Below are positions 32,815 through 41,622 of a stretch of DNA of 64,000 nucleotides, one piece after another. How positions within the stretch are numbered: the stretch's first letter is position 1; each line of letters opens with the position of its first letter. The notes beneath the pieces were generated by a model. The model saw nothing but the letters and a program-made list of their open reading frames with translations. It ran no database searches and had not been told where the DNA came from. The DNA comes from an uncultured Solirubrobacterales bacterium (lineage in GTDB: Bacteria; Actinomycetota; Thermoleophilia; Solirubrobacterales; JBBDJG01), in contig CAWAUD010000007.1 in assembly GCA_963785085.1 (NCBI GenBank), forward strand, positions 28,613 through 92,612, in the 5' to 3' direction. The translations under genes were made by a program, and so were the position numbers.

Positions 32815-33396
32815 GTGGAGGCCTCAGCACACAGCCATCACGATCACCACGCGATGCCGACCTCGGGGGCGGCGCTAACCGCGGTTGCCTTCAGCGCGAC
32901 GCTGCACTGCCTGACCGGCTGCGCCCTCGGCGAGATCGCGGGGATGGCGATCGGCACGGCGATGGGGCTCTCGAACCTCGCCACGATCGTGCTTGCGATC
33001 GTGCTGGCGTTCGCGTTCGGCTACACGCTCACCAGCCTCCCCCTGCTGCGCGCGGGCCTGGCGCTGAGCGCCGTCGTGCCGATCGCGCTGGCTTCGGACA
33101 CCTTGAGCATCCTGACCATGGAGATCGTGGACAACGTCATCGTCCTGACGATTCCTGGCGCGCTGAACGCGGGCCTCGGCGATCTGCTGTTCTGGGGCAG
33201 CCTCTCCTTTTCCCTGGTGATCGCGGGCGCGTTCGCGCTGCCCGTCAACCGCTGGCTGATCGCGCGCGGCAAGGGCCACGTCGCGGTCCACGAGACGGGT
33301 ATCCACGGCGGCCCGCCGCCCCGGCTCGTCGCCATCGTCGCGGCGGCGGGGTTCATCTTCGGAGCGGTCGTGCTGGCGGCCGAGGCAATTGGCTAG
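32815..33396 (+). CDS. DUF4396-like membrane protein with His-rich N-terminus
   Basis: HSHHDHH; ATLHCLTGCALGEIAG; MEIVDN; PVNRWLIARGKGH. Confidence 0.8.
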   Translation: MEASAHSHHDHHAMPTSGAALTAVAFSATLHCLTGCALGEIAGMAIGTAMGLSNLATIVLAIVLAFAFGYTLTSLPLLRAGLALSAVVPIALASDTLSILTMEIVDNVIVLTIPGALNAGLGDLLFWGSLSFSLVIAGAFALPVNRWLIARGKGHVAVHETGIHGGPPPRLVAIVAAAGFIFGAVVLAAEAIG

Positions 33397-33682
33397 CCCG
33401 CCGACACGCGGATACACCGCCTCCAAGGACCAGCTGCTGAAGCGGCTGAGCCGGGTCGAGGGCCAGGTGCGGGGTGTCGCGAGCATGGTCGAGGACGACC
33501 GCTACTGCATCGAGATCCTGACGCAGATCTCAGCGGTGCAGGCCGCGCTCGACAAGATCGCGCTCGGCCTGCTGGACGGCCACGCGCGCCACTGCCTCGC
33601 CGGTGAGGGCGAGGGCCCGGTCGAGCCGGGCGATCAGGCCGACGAGCTGATGGGCGCCGTCGGCCGGATGCTGCGCCGCTGA
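33389..33682 (+). CDS. csoR: Copper-sensing repressor, CsoR family
   Basis: LKRLSRVEGQVRG..DRYCIEILTQISAV..HARHC (C-H-C ligands). Confidence 0.9.
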   Translation: MASPPTRGYTASKDQLLKRLSRVEGQVRGVASMVEDDRYCIEILTQISAVQAALDKIALGLLDGHARHCLAGEGEGPVEPGDQADELMGAVGRMLRR

Positions 33683-33720
33683 CCGCAGGCAAGCGCGCCG
33701 GATCGCGCTAGCCTCGGCGC

Positions 33721-34441
33721 ATGTGGGGTTGGAGGCTCCTGGCCTGCGCCGGCGTTGCCGTGGCACTTCCCGCGCTGCCGGCGGGAGCGGCGAGCCAGAA
33801 CGTCAACGCGACCGGCAGCAACACGTTCGAGCCCGCCAACGTGACGATCCTTCAGGGTGAGTCGGTTTCGTGGCAAAACGACAGCGGGTCTCACAACGTG
33901 CACTTCGAGGACAACGCCTTTGTCCAACCGCCGGCGCCTGATTCATCGGCTTGGAGCACCACGCGGACGTTCCCGACACCAGGCGTCTACAAGTACTACT
34001 GCGACGCACATGTGACCTCGGACAACATGCGCGGGCACTGTCACAGTCCTGCCTCCCGGCAGCACTCCCCCACCGCCACCTCCGCCGGTCACCGACAAGT
34101 CCGCCCCCGCCCTGAAGCTGAGCGGCAAGAGCACCCAGCGTGTGCTTCGCCAGCGCGCGGTGCGCCTGGTGGTGCGGGTCGACGAGGCGGCGAGCGTGCT
34201 CGCGCGTGGGCGAGTCTCGGTTCCAGGAGCGAGCGCGACCGTCCGCGCGCGCGACGCCAAGGCGCAGCTCGTTCGCGGCCGCGACACGAAGCTGCGGCTG
34301 AAGTTCACGAGCAAGTCGCTGCGCCGGCTGCGCGGGGCGCTCCGCAAGCGCTCGGTTCTCACCGCGCGAGTGACGGTCACCGCCACCGACAAGGCCGGCA
34401 ACAAGCGCACGCTCAAGAGCAAGTTCGCGCTGCGGCGCTGA
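33721..34441 (+). CDS. Secreted plastocyanin/azurin-type cupredoxin with basic C-terminal domain (frameshift near 34037)
   Basis: Signal peptide; SHNVHF..YYCDAH..MRG type-1 Cu ligands; tail ..VTVTATDKAGNKRT..LRR. Confidence 0.8.
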
Positions 34442-34477
34442 CTTGTCGCGGACCCGGCGCCGGGTTACGCTCACCGC

Positions 34478-35407
34478 ATGAGGGTCCGTTGGCAGGGGAT
34501 CGGAGTCCTCGTTGCGGTCCTGTTCGTCTGGCCGGCATCAGCCGGCGCGGCCAACCAGACCGTCGAGGCAACACCCTTCAGCCAGTTCACACCGAACAGC
34601 GTCACGGTGGACGTGGGTGACACGGTGACGTGGAACAACACCGGCGGCTTTCACAACGTCGTGTTCGACGACGGCTCGTTCACCCAGCCGAACCCGCCCA
34701 GCTTCGAGAGCTGGTCGGTCTCGCGGAGCTTCCCGACCACGGGAACGTTCCGCTACTACTGCCAGATTCACGGCTTCCCGGGCGGGGGCGGGATGTCGGG
34801 CACCATCACGGTCAACAGCCCCAGCTCGGAGCTGAAGCCCTTCCGCACGCCACTCGCCGTCGCGTACAAGCCGTGCCCGGAGGCGAGCGCGAACCGCAAG
34901 CACGCCGACCCGCTGGGCCACCCCGCGTGCAGCCCGCCGGTGCCGGTGTCCGACTACCTGACCGTCGGGACGGCGGACAGCAATCAGCGCAAGACGAGCT
35001 CGGTCGGATCGGTGACGGCCGCCGCGGATGCGGGGAACATCCGCCTCGCCGCTTCGGTCACCGACGTGCGCCAGAAGGCCGGGCTCGGCGACTACCGAGG
35101 CCAGCTTCAGGTGAAGCTGCCGCTGCGGATCACCGACTCGAGCAACGGCCCGGCATCGAACGAGCGCGCGACCGGCGACACTTCGTTCACCGTCCCCGTC
35201 CCCTGCAGCGCGACCGCGGACTCGAGCACCGGCTCGACGTGCGCGATCACGACGACCGTCAACGCGCTCAACCCGGGCGCAGTGGTCGAGGGCCAGCAGG
35301 CGATCTGGGAGATCGGCGCCGTGCAGGTGTTCGACGGCGGCTCGGACGGCGTCGCGGCCACTCCGGGGAACACCCTCTTCATGGATCAGGCGCTGTTCGT
35401 GCCCTGA
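34478..35407 (+). CDS. Secreted cupredoxin with ~190-aa Cys-containing C-terminal domain
   Basis: Signal peptide; FHNVVF..YYCQIHG..MSG; ends QALFVP. Confidence 0.85.
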   Translation: MRVRWQGIGVLVAVLFVWPASAGAANQTVEATPFSQFTPNSVTVDVGDTVTWNNTGGFHNVVFDDGSFTQPNPPSFESWSVSRSFPTTGTFRYYCQIHGFPGGGGMSGTITVNSPSSELKPFRTPLAVAYKPCPEASANRKHADPLGHPACSPPVPVSDYLTVGTADSNQRKTSSVGSVTAAADAGNIRLAASVTDVRQKAGLGDYRGQLQVKLPLRITDSSNGPASNERATGDTSFTVPVPCSATADSSTGSTCAITTTVNALNPGAVVEGQQAIWEIGAVQVFDGGSDGVAATPGNTLFMDQALFVP

Positions 35408-35802
35408 GCCGCGGCGTCGAGCTCCCTCACCAGCGCATCGACGCGCTCTGCTATCTCGTCGCGCACCACCCGCACCTCTTCGACGGGCAGGCCCTTCGGG
35501 TCCCGCAGCTCCCAGTCGAGATAGCGCTTGCCCGGTATGTAGGGGCACTCGTCCCCGCAGCCCATCGTCACCACGACGTCGGCGCGCTCGGCAAGCTCCT
35601 TCGTCAGCTTTCGGGGCCGGCGACCGGCAAGGTCGATGCCAAGCTCACGCATCGCCTCCACGACCTCCGGGTGCACTCGATCGCCAGGGGTGGTGCCTGC
35701 CGACTCGGCCGCATGGCGACCCGCGGCAGCCTGCTCGAAGAGCGCCTGGCTCATCTGAGAGCGGCCGGCATTGTGCAGGCAGACGAAGAGGACGCGCGCC
35801 AC
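35386..35802 (-). CDS. arsC: Arsenate reductase, LMW-PTPase family
   Basis: VLFVCLHNAGRSQMS, VTMGCGDECP, DWELRDP. Confidence 0.92.
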   Translation of the reverse strand: MARVLFVCLHNAGRSQMSQALFEQAAAGRHAAESAGTTPGDRVHPEVVEAMRELGIDLAGRRPRKLTKELAERADVVVTMGCGDECPYIPGKRYLDWELRDPKGLPVEEVRVVRDEIAERVDALVRELDAAAQGTNSA

Positions 35803-35803
35803 G

Positions 35804-36487
35804 TCAGGCCGACACCGGGTGCTCGCCGCGGACCAGCTGGTAGGCGAGTGCGCCGAGCGCCGCGCCCACGACTGGCCCGACCACGTAGACCCAGAAGTCG
35901 CTCCATTCCCCGAGACCAGCGCGGGGCCGAACGAGCGCCCGGGGTTCATCGACGCTCCGGTGATCGGCCCGCCGAACAGCGCGTCCAGGCCGACGGCGCC
36001 CCCGATCGCGATCGCGGCGGCTGCTCCCACCGCGCGCGTATCCGTCGCCACCGCCGTTATGACGAACATCAGCAGCGCCGTCATCACCGTCTCATAGACG
36101 AGCGCGCTGCCGGCTCCGACCGTTGGAACCGTTGCGCCGAGATTCGCCGGGGCACTGGTCCAGACCGCCAGCAGGAGCGAGCGCCCCCGCGGTCGCGCCG
36201 GCGAGCTGCGCCGCCACGTACACGAGCGCATCCCGCCGCGGGAAGTGACGGGTGAGCGTGAAGGCCACCGTGACTGCTGGGTTGATGTGCGCTCCCGAGA
36301 GGTGACCGGTCGCGTAGACCATCACCATGATCACGAGGCCGAAGACGAGCGCCACGCCGACCGTGCCGAGCGGGTTCTGCCGCACGGCATCCGTGACGAT
36401 CGCTCCGCAGCCTGCGAACACCAGCGCGAAGGTGGCAATGCCCTCGGCGGCCGCCCGCCGGCCGAGGCCGGGCCGCGCGCCCGTCAC
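35804..36487 (-). CDS. Aquaporin/MIP channel, probably arsenite-permeable (frameshifted)
   Basis: SGAHINPAVT and GASMNPGRS (NPA/NPG) motifs; located in the ars operon. Confidence 0.88.
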
Positions 36488-37320
36488 GCGGCGAGCGAGA
36501 CGCCGATCACCTTCAGCCTGCGCGTGAGTGCGTTCAGCCCGTACTCGCCGAGTGCGCCGTCCTCCACGCCGAGGACGTCCCAGGCTCCCTCGCTCGGCGG
36601 CGACACGGATTCGGCGACCGCCGGCAGGAGGTCGAGCAGCCGCTCGCGGATCACCTCCGCCATGCTCGGGTCCGCGGCGACGGCCTGCTGGAGGAACTGC
36701 GTGCCCCAGGCGATGTGGCGCTGCTCGTCAGCGGCGATTCGGCCGTATCCGTCGACGAACCCCGGCAGGACGCCGCGGTCGCTCAGGAAGTCGAGCAGGA
36801 AGTGGGACGCCGTGATGCCGAGCGTTCCCTCGATGATCATGTGGTAGATCGTCACGAAGTCGACCTTCGCCTCGCGGTCGGCGGGCTCGCGCCGCAGCCG
36901 GTCGTGGGCGTTGACGAGCGCTTCGTCGAAGACCCTGCGAAACGGGTCGCCGAGCACCTCGCGAGCGCGCGCGACGTGGGCGCCGATCGCCGCCGGGTCG
37001 GCGACGACCTCGTTCTGAAAGCGCGCGTAGAACTGCATGTGGCGCACCTCGTCGACCAGCTGGGTCGACAGGTAGCTGCCCTCCTCCTCGTCGTCCTGCG
37101 CCAGCACCAGACCGCAGAACTGCGTCGAGATCCGCTCCTCCGCCACCATCAGCGAGCTGAGCACCCAGTAGAGGAGATTGCGCTGCTCCTCCTCGAGCGC
37201 CTTCCAATCGGACTTGTCCTGCTCGAGGTCGATGTCCTGGGCGGCCCAATGGGCGCGCTCCCAGTCCTCGTAGAGCTGCTGCGGTGTGCGCAGGCGCGGC
37301 TGCGCGGCCGCGGCACTCAT
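36484..37320 (-). CDS. Ferritin-like diiron-carboxylate protein of the R2/R2lox family
   Basis: AEERI, DEVRH, YHMIIEG, DEQRH; N-terminal WERAHW..DIDL..D..DW. Confidence 0.85.
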   Translation of the reverse strand: MSAAAAQPRLRTPQQLYEDWERAHWAAQDIDLEQDKSDWKALEEEQRNLLYWVLSSLMVAEERISTQFCGLVLAQDDEEEGSYLSTQLVDEVRHMQFYARFQNEVVADPAAIGAHVARAREVLGDPFRRVFDEALVNAHDRLRREPADREAKVDFVTIYHMIIEGTLGITASHFLLDFLSDRGVLPGFVDGYGRIAADEQRHIAWGTQFLQQAVAADPSMAEVIRERLLDLLPAVAESVSPPSEGAWDVLGVEDGALGEYGLNALTRRLKVIGVSLAA

Positions 37321-37757
37321 GAGCAGCAGGCAACCGGCTCGGCGTTCGCCTCCAGGTTGCCCGCGTCCGCGTGAGCGTCGCTGTCGCCATGCGTGGTGAA
37401 GACCTCCCACGGCGTTCCGTCGGGGTCGTGCACCCAGATCTTGTCCTGCCGCGCGTAGCAGCAGGTGGTGTCCATCTCGTCGAAGGTCGCAAGGCCGGCC
37501 TGCGTCAGCCGCAGCCGCGCGGCGAGCACGTCGTCGGTCGATCCAACCTGGATGCCGGCGTGGTTGAACGCACCGAGGCGGCCGTCGGCGCGGTCGCCCT
37601 CGTTGAGGGTGAAGTTGAGCGCCGGATCGGCGACTTCGAACTTCGCGTAGCCGGGCTTCACCTTCACCGGCGCGGCACCGAACAGCGCCTCGTAGAAGGG
37701 AACCGACCGCTCGATGCTCGAGACGGTCAGCGCCAGGTGTGGTCTCAGGACAGCCAT
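37317..37757 (-). CDS. arsI: ArsI/CadI family C-As lyase (VOC fold)
   Basis: HLALTV..FYEALFG..YAKFEVADP.LNFTL, NHAGIQV, TTCCYARQDKIWV.DPDG..WE, C-terminal CC. Confidence 0.85.
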   Translation of the reverse strand: MAVLRPHLALTVSSIERSVPFYEALFGAAPVKVKPGYAKFEVADPALNFTLNEGDRADGRLGAFNHAGIQVGSTDDVLAARLRLTQAGLATFDEMDTTCCYARQDKIWVHDPDGTPWEVFTTHGDSDAHADAGNLEANAEPVACCS

Positions 37758-38098
37758 TCGCTCAGCTCCTCGAGTGCTTCTGCGTGGACGAAGTAGTAGG
37801 CCCACAGGCCCTGCTTCTCGTAGCCGACGATGCCGGCGTCGCGCAGGACGCGCAGGTGATGCGAGACCGTCGATTGCGAGAGGTCGAACAGCGGCACCAG
37901 CTCGCAGACGCAGACCTTGCCGGCGTGCTTTCGCAGCACGTCGACCAGCTGGACCCGCACCGGATCGCTGAGCGCCCGGGCGAGATTCGCCAGGCGGGCC
38001 GCCTGATCCGGCGACGCGTCCGGGTACACGACGGGCTCGCAGCAAGCCTCACCGGCGGCGCGCTTCTGCTTGGGAGCCAGCGTTAGATCGACGGTCAT
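37745..38098 (-). CDS. arsR: ArsR family repressor
   Basis: ALSDPVRVQL..VCVCEL..LSQSTVSHHLRVLRDAG; N-terminal CC. Confidence 0.92.
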   Translation of the reverse strand: MTVDLTLAPKQKRAAGEACCEPVVYPDASPDQAARLANLARALSDPVRVQLVDVLRKHAGKVCVCELVPLFDLSQSTVSHHLRVLRDAGIVGYEKQGLWAYYFVHAEALEELSEWLS

Positions 38099-38185
38099 CG
38101 ATCTAACACGCTACCAGCTATTTGCGGTGGTCGGCCTTTTCCGGCGTATAACCGTAAAACGCCGACCAGCGCCGGTTGTTGGAGG

Positions 38186-39337
38186 CTAGTGCTCGGGAAC
38201 CGGTGCGACCGGGGGGCCCGTGTAGTGCGGAACCGTGTCGGCCTTGTAGACCACGGCGCGGTTGCGGCCGCGGCGCTTGGCCTCGTACATCGCGCGGTCT
38301 GCGGCGTGCAGCAGAGCCTCGACGGTCTGACCGTGCGTCGGGTAGGTGACGATGCCGAAGCTGATCGAGACCGGCAGCGCGCCGCGGCGGGCGGGCTTGC
38401 CGTCGTGCGCGGTGCCGAACATCTCGGAGAGCTCGCGGCGGACGCGCTCGGCCACCGAGAAGGCGCCCTTGGAATCGGTGAAGGGAGCGATCAGGGCGAA
38501 CTCCTCGCCGCCCATCCGCGCGGCGGTGTCGATCCGGCGGCGCGTGGTGTCGAGCAGCTGGCCGACCTTGGCGAGGACGTCGTCGCCGGCCGGGTGCCCG
38601 TAGCGGTCGTTCAGCTCCTTGAAGCGGTCGAGGTCCCCGACGATCAGGCTGAGCGGGCGGCCGCTGCGGCGAGACAACTCGAGCTCGTACTCGATGCGGT
38701 CCATGAAGCCGCGTCGGTTCAGCAGGCCGGTGAGGTAGTCGGTCTTCGCCGAGTCGGCGAGGCGCTTGATCAGGCTGTCCAGGCGCTCCTTCATGCGGAC
38801 CACCAGAGCGGCGGCGGCACCGAATGTGGCCACCGAGAGCACCCAGTTGGCGCCCTCGCCGGGCCCGGGGTCGGTGAGCGCGAGCGCAGCGCCATAGGTG
38901 ACGGCGATCGCAACGATGTGGACGGCGACCATCCGGCGGGTGTAGAAGTAGGCGGCGTAGAGCGACAGCAGCAGGAAGAGCATCTCCTCGTGAGACGGCG
39001 AGCGCTTGCTTCCGTAGAAGTAGACGGCGGTGGCAACCCCGGCACAGCCGGCGAGCGTGAACACGGGGTAGAGGGAGTCGCTGATGCGGCGGCCGAGCAG
39101 TGCGAAGAGGCCGGAGAAGGCCAGCAGCACCCCGGCGGTGGCGAGCAGGCCGGCCGAGTTGGCCTCGGCGGAACCGGGAAGCGCGACCGGCGCCGCTACG
39201 ACTACGGCGCAGACGAGGAAGAGCCAGGCCGCGACGCGGCTCTTGCTGGTTCCATCTGCATGCTTTTCGGAGGCCTGGGCGTCGCCAGGCTCGCGCACGT
39301 GGAGAGGGGCCGAGGGAGGCTTGCGCTCTTGTGCCAT
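38186..39337 (-). CDS. Membrane-bound diguanylate cyclase (GGEEF, RxxD I-site)
   Basis: ~6 TMs; DYLTGLLNRR, DLDRFKELNDRYGH..GD, RRID..RMGGEEF, ADRAMYEAK. Confidence 0.93.
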   Translation of the reverse strand: MAQERKPPSAPLHVREPGDAQASEKHADGTSKSRVAAWLFLVCAVVVAAPVALPGSAEANSAGLLATAGVLLAFSGLFALLGRRISDSLYPVFTLAGCAGVATAVYFYGSKRSPSHEEMLFLLLSLYAAYFYTRRMVAVHIVAIAVTYGAALALTDPGPGEGANWVLSVATFGAAAALVVRMKERLDSLIKRLADSAKTDYLTGLLNRRGFMDRIEYELELSRRSGRPLSLIVGDLDRFKELNDRYGHPAGDDVLAKVGQLLDTTRRRIDTAARMGGEEFALIAPFTDSKGAFSVAERVRRELSEMFGTAHDGKPARRGALPVSISFGIVTYPTHGQTVEALLHAADRAMYEAKRRGRNRAVVYKADTVPHYTGPPVAPVPEH

Positions 39338-39344
39338 GCGATCA

Positions 39345-39371
39345 CAATCGGCCGCCCGCTTTCAACCTTGA
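39345..39371 (-). promoter_or_regulatory. Sigma28 (FliA/WhiG/SigD)-type promoter of the diguanylate cyclase
   Basis: Minus strand TCAAG-N14-GCCGATTG, 7 nt before the ATG. Confidence 0.65.
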
Positions 39372-39418
39372 CAGCTGAGCCGCGCCCTGCAACGACAAGC
39401 TGAGCCGTTGACGGAACG

Positions 39419-40036
39419 TCAGGCTGAGGCGGTCCCGTCGGGGTAGAGGGCGTGAACCCAGATGGCGGTCAGCGCGTCGGCTGTTTCCTCCGGCGTCCGC
39501 CCCTTCAGCAGTCCCACGTAGTGGCAGCGCTCGCCCATCCAGACGAGCACTTCGGCACTGCGGTCGGGATCCACGTCCTGGCGCAGCTTCCCGGCGTCGC
39601 GCTCGCGGCGCAGGTGCTCCTGGGTGGCGCCGATGAAGTCGTCCATCAGGCCGTTGTAGAACTTCGAGAACTCCGGGTCGTACGACATCACCTCGACGGC
39701 CGCCCGCAGCACACCGGCATGCGTCTCCCACAGAGCGCCGATGTTACGGGTCACCGAGTGGATCATCACGGCGGGCTCGCCCTCTCCACTCCACCACTCC
39801 GCCGCCTGCTCGATCGCGATATCGCGGAGCCCCTCGAGCACGGCCCCGAGGACCTGGTTCTTGTCGTTGTAATAGAAGTAGAACGCTGTGCGGGACAGCC
39901 CGGCCTCCCGCGCAAGCTCGTCGACGGTCACGTCGTTGAACGGCTTGTGCTGGAGAACCCGCACCAGCGCGTCGCGTACATCCGCGACGATTGCCGCGCG
40001 GTCGCGCCGCTGCGATTTCTCTTCCTGGGCCTCCAC
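39419..40036 (-). CDS. TetR/AcrR family regulator
   Basis: FNDVTVDELAREAGLSRTAFYFYYNDK HTH. Confidence 0.9.
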   Translation of the reverse strand: MEAQEEKSQRRDRAAIVADVRDALVRVLQHKPFNDVTVDELAREAGLSRTAFYFYYNDKNQVLGAVLEGLRDIAIEQAAEWWSGEGEPAVMIHSVTRNIGALWETHAGVLRAAVEVMSYDPEFSKFYNGLMDDFIGATQEHLRRERDAGKLRQDVDPDRSAEVLVWMGERCHYVGLLKGRTPEETADALTAIWVHALYPDGTASA

Positions 40037-40202
40037 CCCGAGTGACCAACCTAGCCGGGATCGGTGCTTAAAGGGGAAAATAACGCGCTTATGGGGACAA
40101 TAGTTCGCGCCTATATCGCGGCGCGCGAGCGCGAGCCTTTACGATGAGGAGCCTCTGGCCGGTGCGGCCCGGGAGTGAACCCGTAGCGTCAGTCCCCAGC
40201 GC

Positions 40203-41617
40203 ATGAAGATCCCCTCGGTCCTGATCATGGCCGCCGGCCGCGGAACGCGCATGCGGTCCCAGCTGCCGAAGGTGCTGCACCCGCTCTGCGGGCGGCCGCT
40301 TCTGCTGTGGCCGGTCGAGGCCGCGCGCGAGGCCGGCGCGGAGCGGATCGTCGTGGTGCTCGGCAAGGGCAGCGAGGACATCCAGGCGGTGCTGCCGCCT
40401 GACGTCGAGATCGCGATCCAGGATCCGCCGGCCGGGACAGGCGATGCGGTGGTTGCGGCGCGCGAGGCGCTCGGCGACTCACAGGACGTGATCGTCCTGT
40501 CAGGCGACCACCCGCTGCTCGACGCCGGCTTCATCACCGCGCTCGCCGAGCGGCACTCCTCCGCCGGGGCGGGCGCGACCGTCACCACCCGCGTGATGGA
40601 GGACCCCGGTCAGTACGGCCGCATCGTGCGTGACGCGCAGGGCGACGTGGAGCGGATCGTCGAGACCAAGGCGCCGGGCGACGCGACTCCCGAGGAGCTC
40701 GCGATCCGCGAGATCAACAGCGGCACCTACGCCTTCGCGGTCGGTCCCCTGTACGAGGCGCTCGCCAAGGTCGGCACCGACAACGCCCAGGGCGAGATGT
40801 ACCTCGGCGATGCCCTGCCGCACCTGCGCGCGCGACGGCCGGCGGGTCGTCGCGCACCTGACGGACGACGAGGCCGTCAGCCTGGGCATCAACACGCGCG
40901 CCGACCTGGCGCTGGTGCAGGAGCAGGCGCGCCGCGGGCTGCTGGAGCAGCACATGCTCGCGGGCGTGACGATCGCCGATCCTTCCTCCACCTGGATCGA
41001 TGCCGGCGTGCGGGTCGGCGAGGACACCACCATCGAACCGTTCACCATGCTCCGCGGCCACACCGAGGTCGGCGGGGGCTGCACGATCGGCCCGGGCTCG
41101 ACGCTGGTCGACTGCGTGGTCGGTGACGGCTCGTCGGTGCTGCACTCCTACCTCGACCGCCTGCGAGGTGCGCAGCCGCTGCACGGTGGGACCGTTCACC
41201 CACATCCGCCCCGGCACCGTGCTGCAGGACGGCTCGAAGGCCGGGTCCTTCGTCGAGATCAAGAACTCGGACATCGGTGAGGGCGCGAAGGTTCCCCATC
41301 TCACCTACCTGGGCGACACCGATCTGGGTGCCGGAGCAAACGTCGGAGCCGGCACCATCACCGCCAATTACGATGGCCGCGCAAAGCACCGGACCACGAT
41401 CGGGCGCGGCGTAAAGACGGGCGTGCACACCGCGCTGGTGGCGCCGGTGAACGTCGGCGACGACGCATACACTGGCGCGGGCTCGGTGATCACGGAGGAC
41501 GTGCCGCCGGGCGCGCTCGGAATCACGCGCCCCGTGCAGACGAACGTCGAGGGATACGCGGAGCGGCAGCGGCAGGCAGCGGACAACGAGGGGAAGGCCG
41601 GTAAGACGGATGGCTGA
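40203..41617 (+). CDS. glmU: Bifunctional GlcNAc-1-P uridyltransferase/acetyltransferase (frameshifted)
   Basis: [37 protein letters not shown], hexapeptide repeats, GTITANYDG. Confidence 0.95.
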
Positions 41618-41622
41618 GGCAG

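Noticed and set aside
36484..37320. Calling the diiron gene nrdB/nrdF
   Set aside because: No large subunit nearby, Glu first ligand, no R1-binding C-terminal tail, and it is embedded in the ars operon
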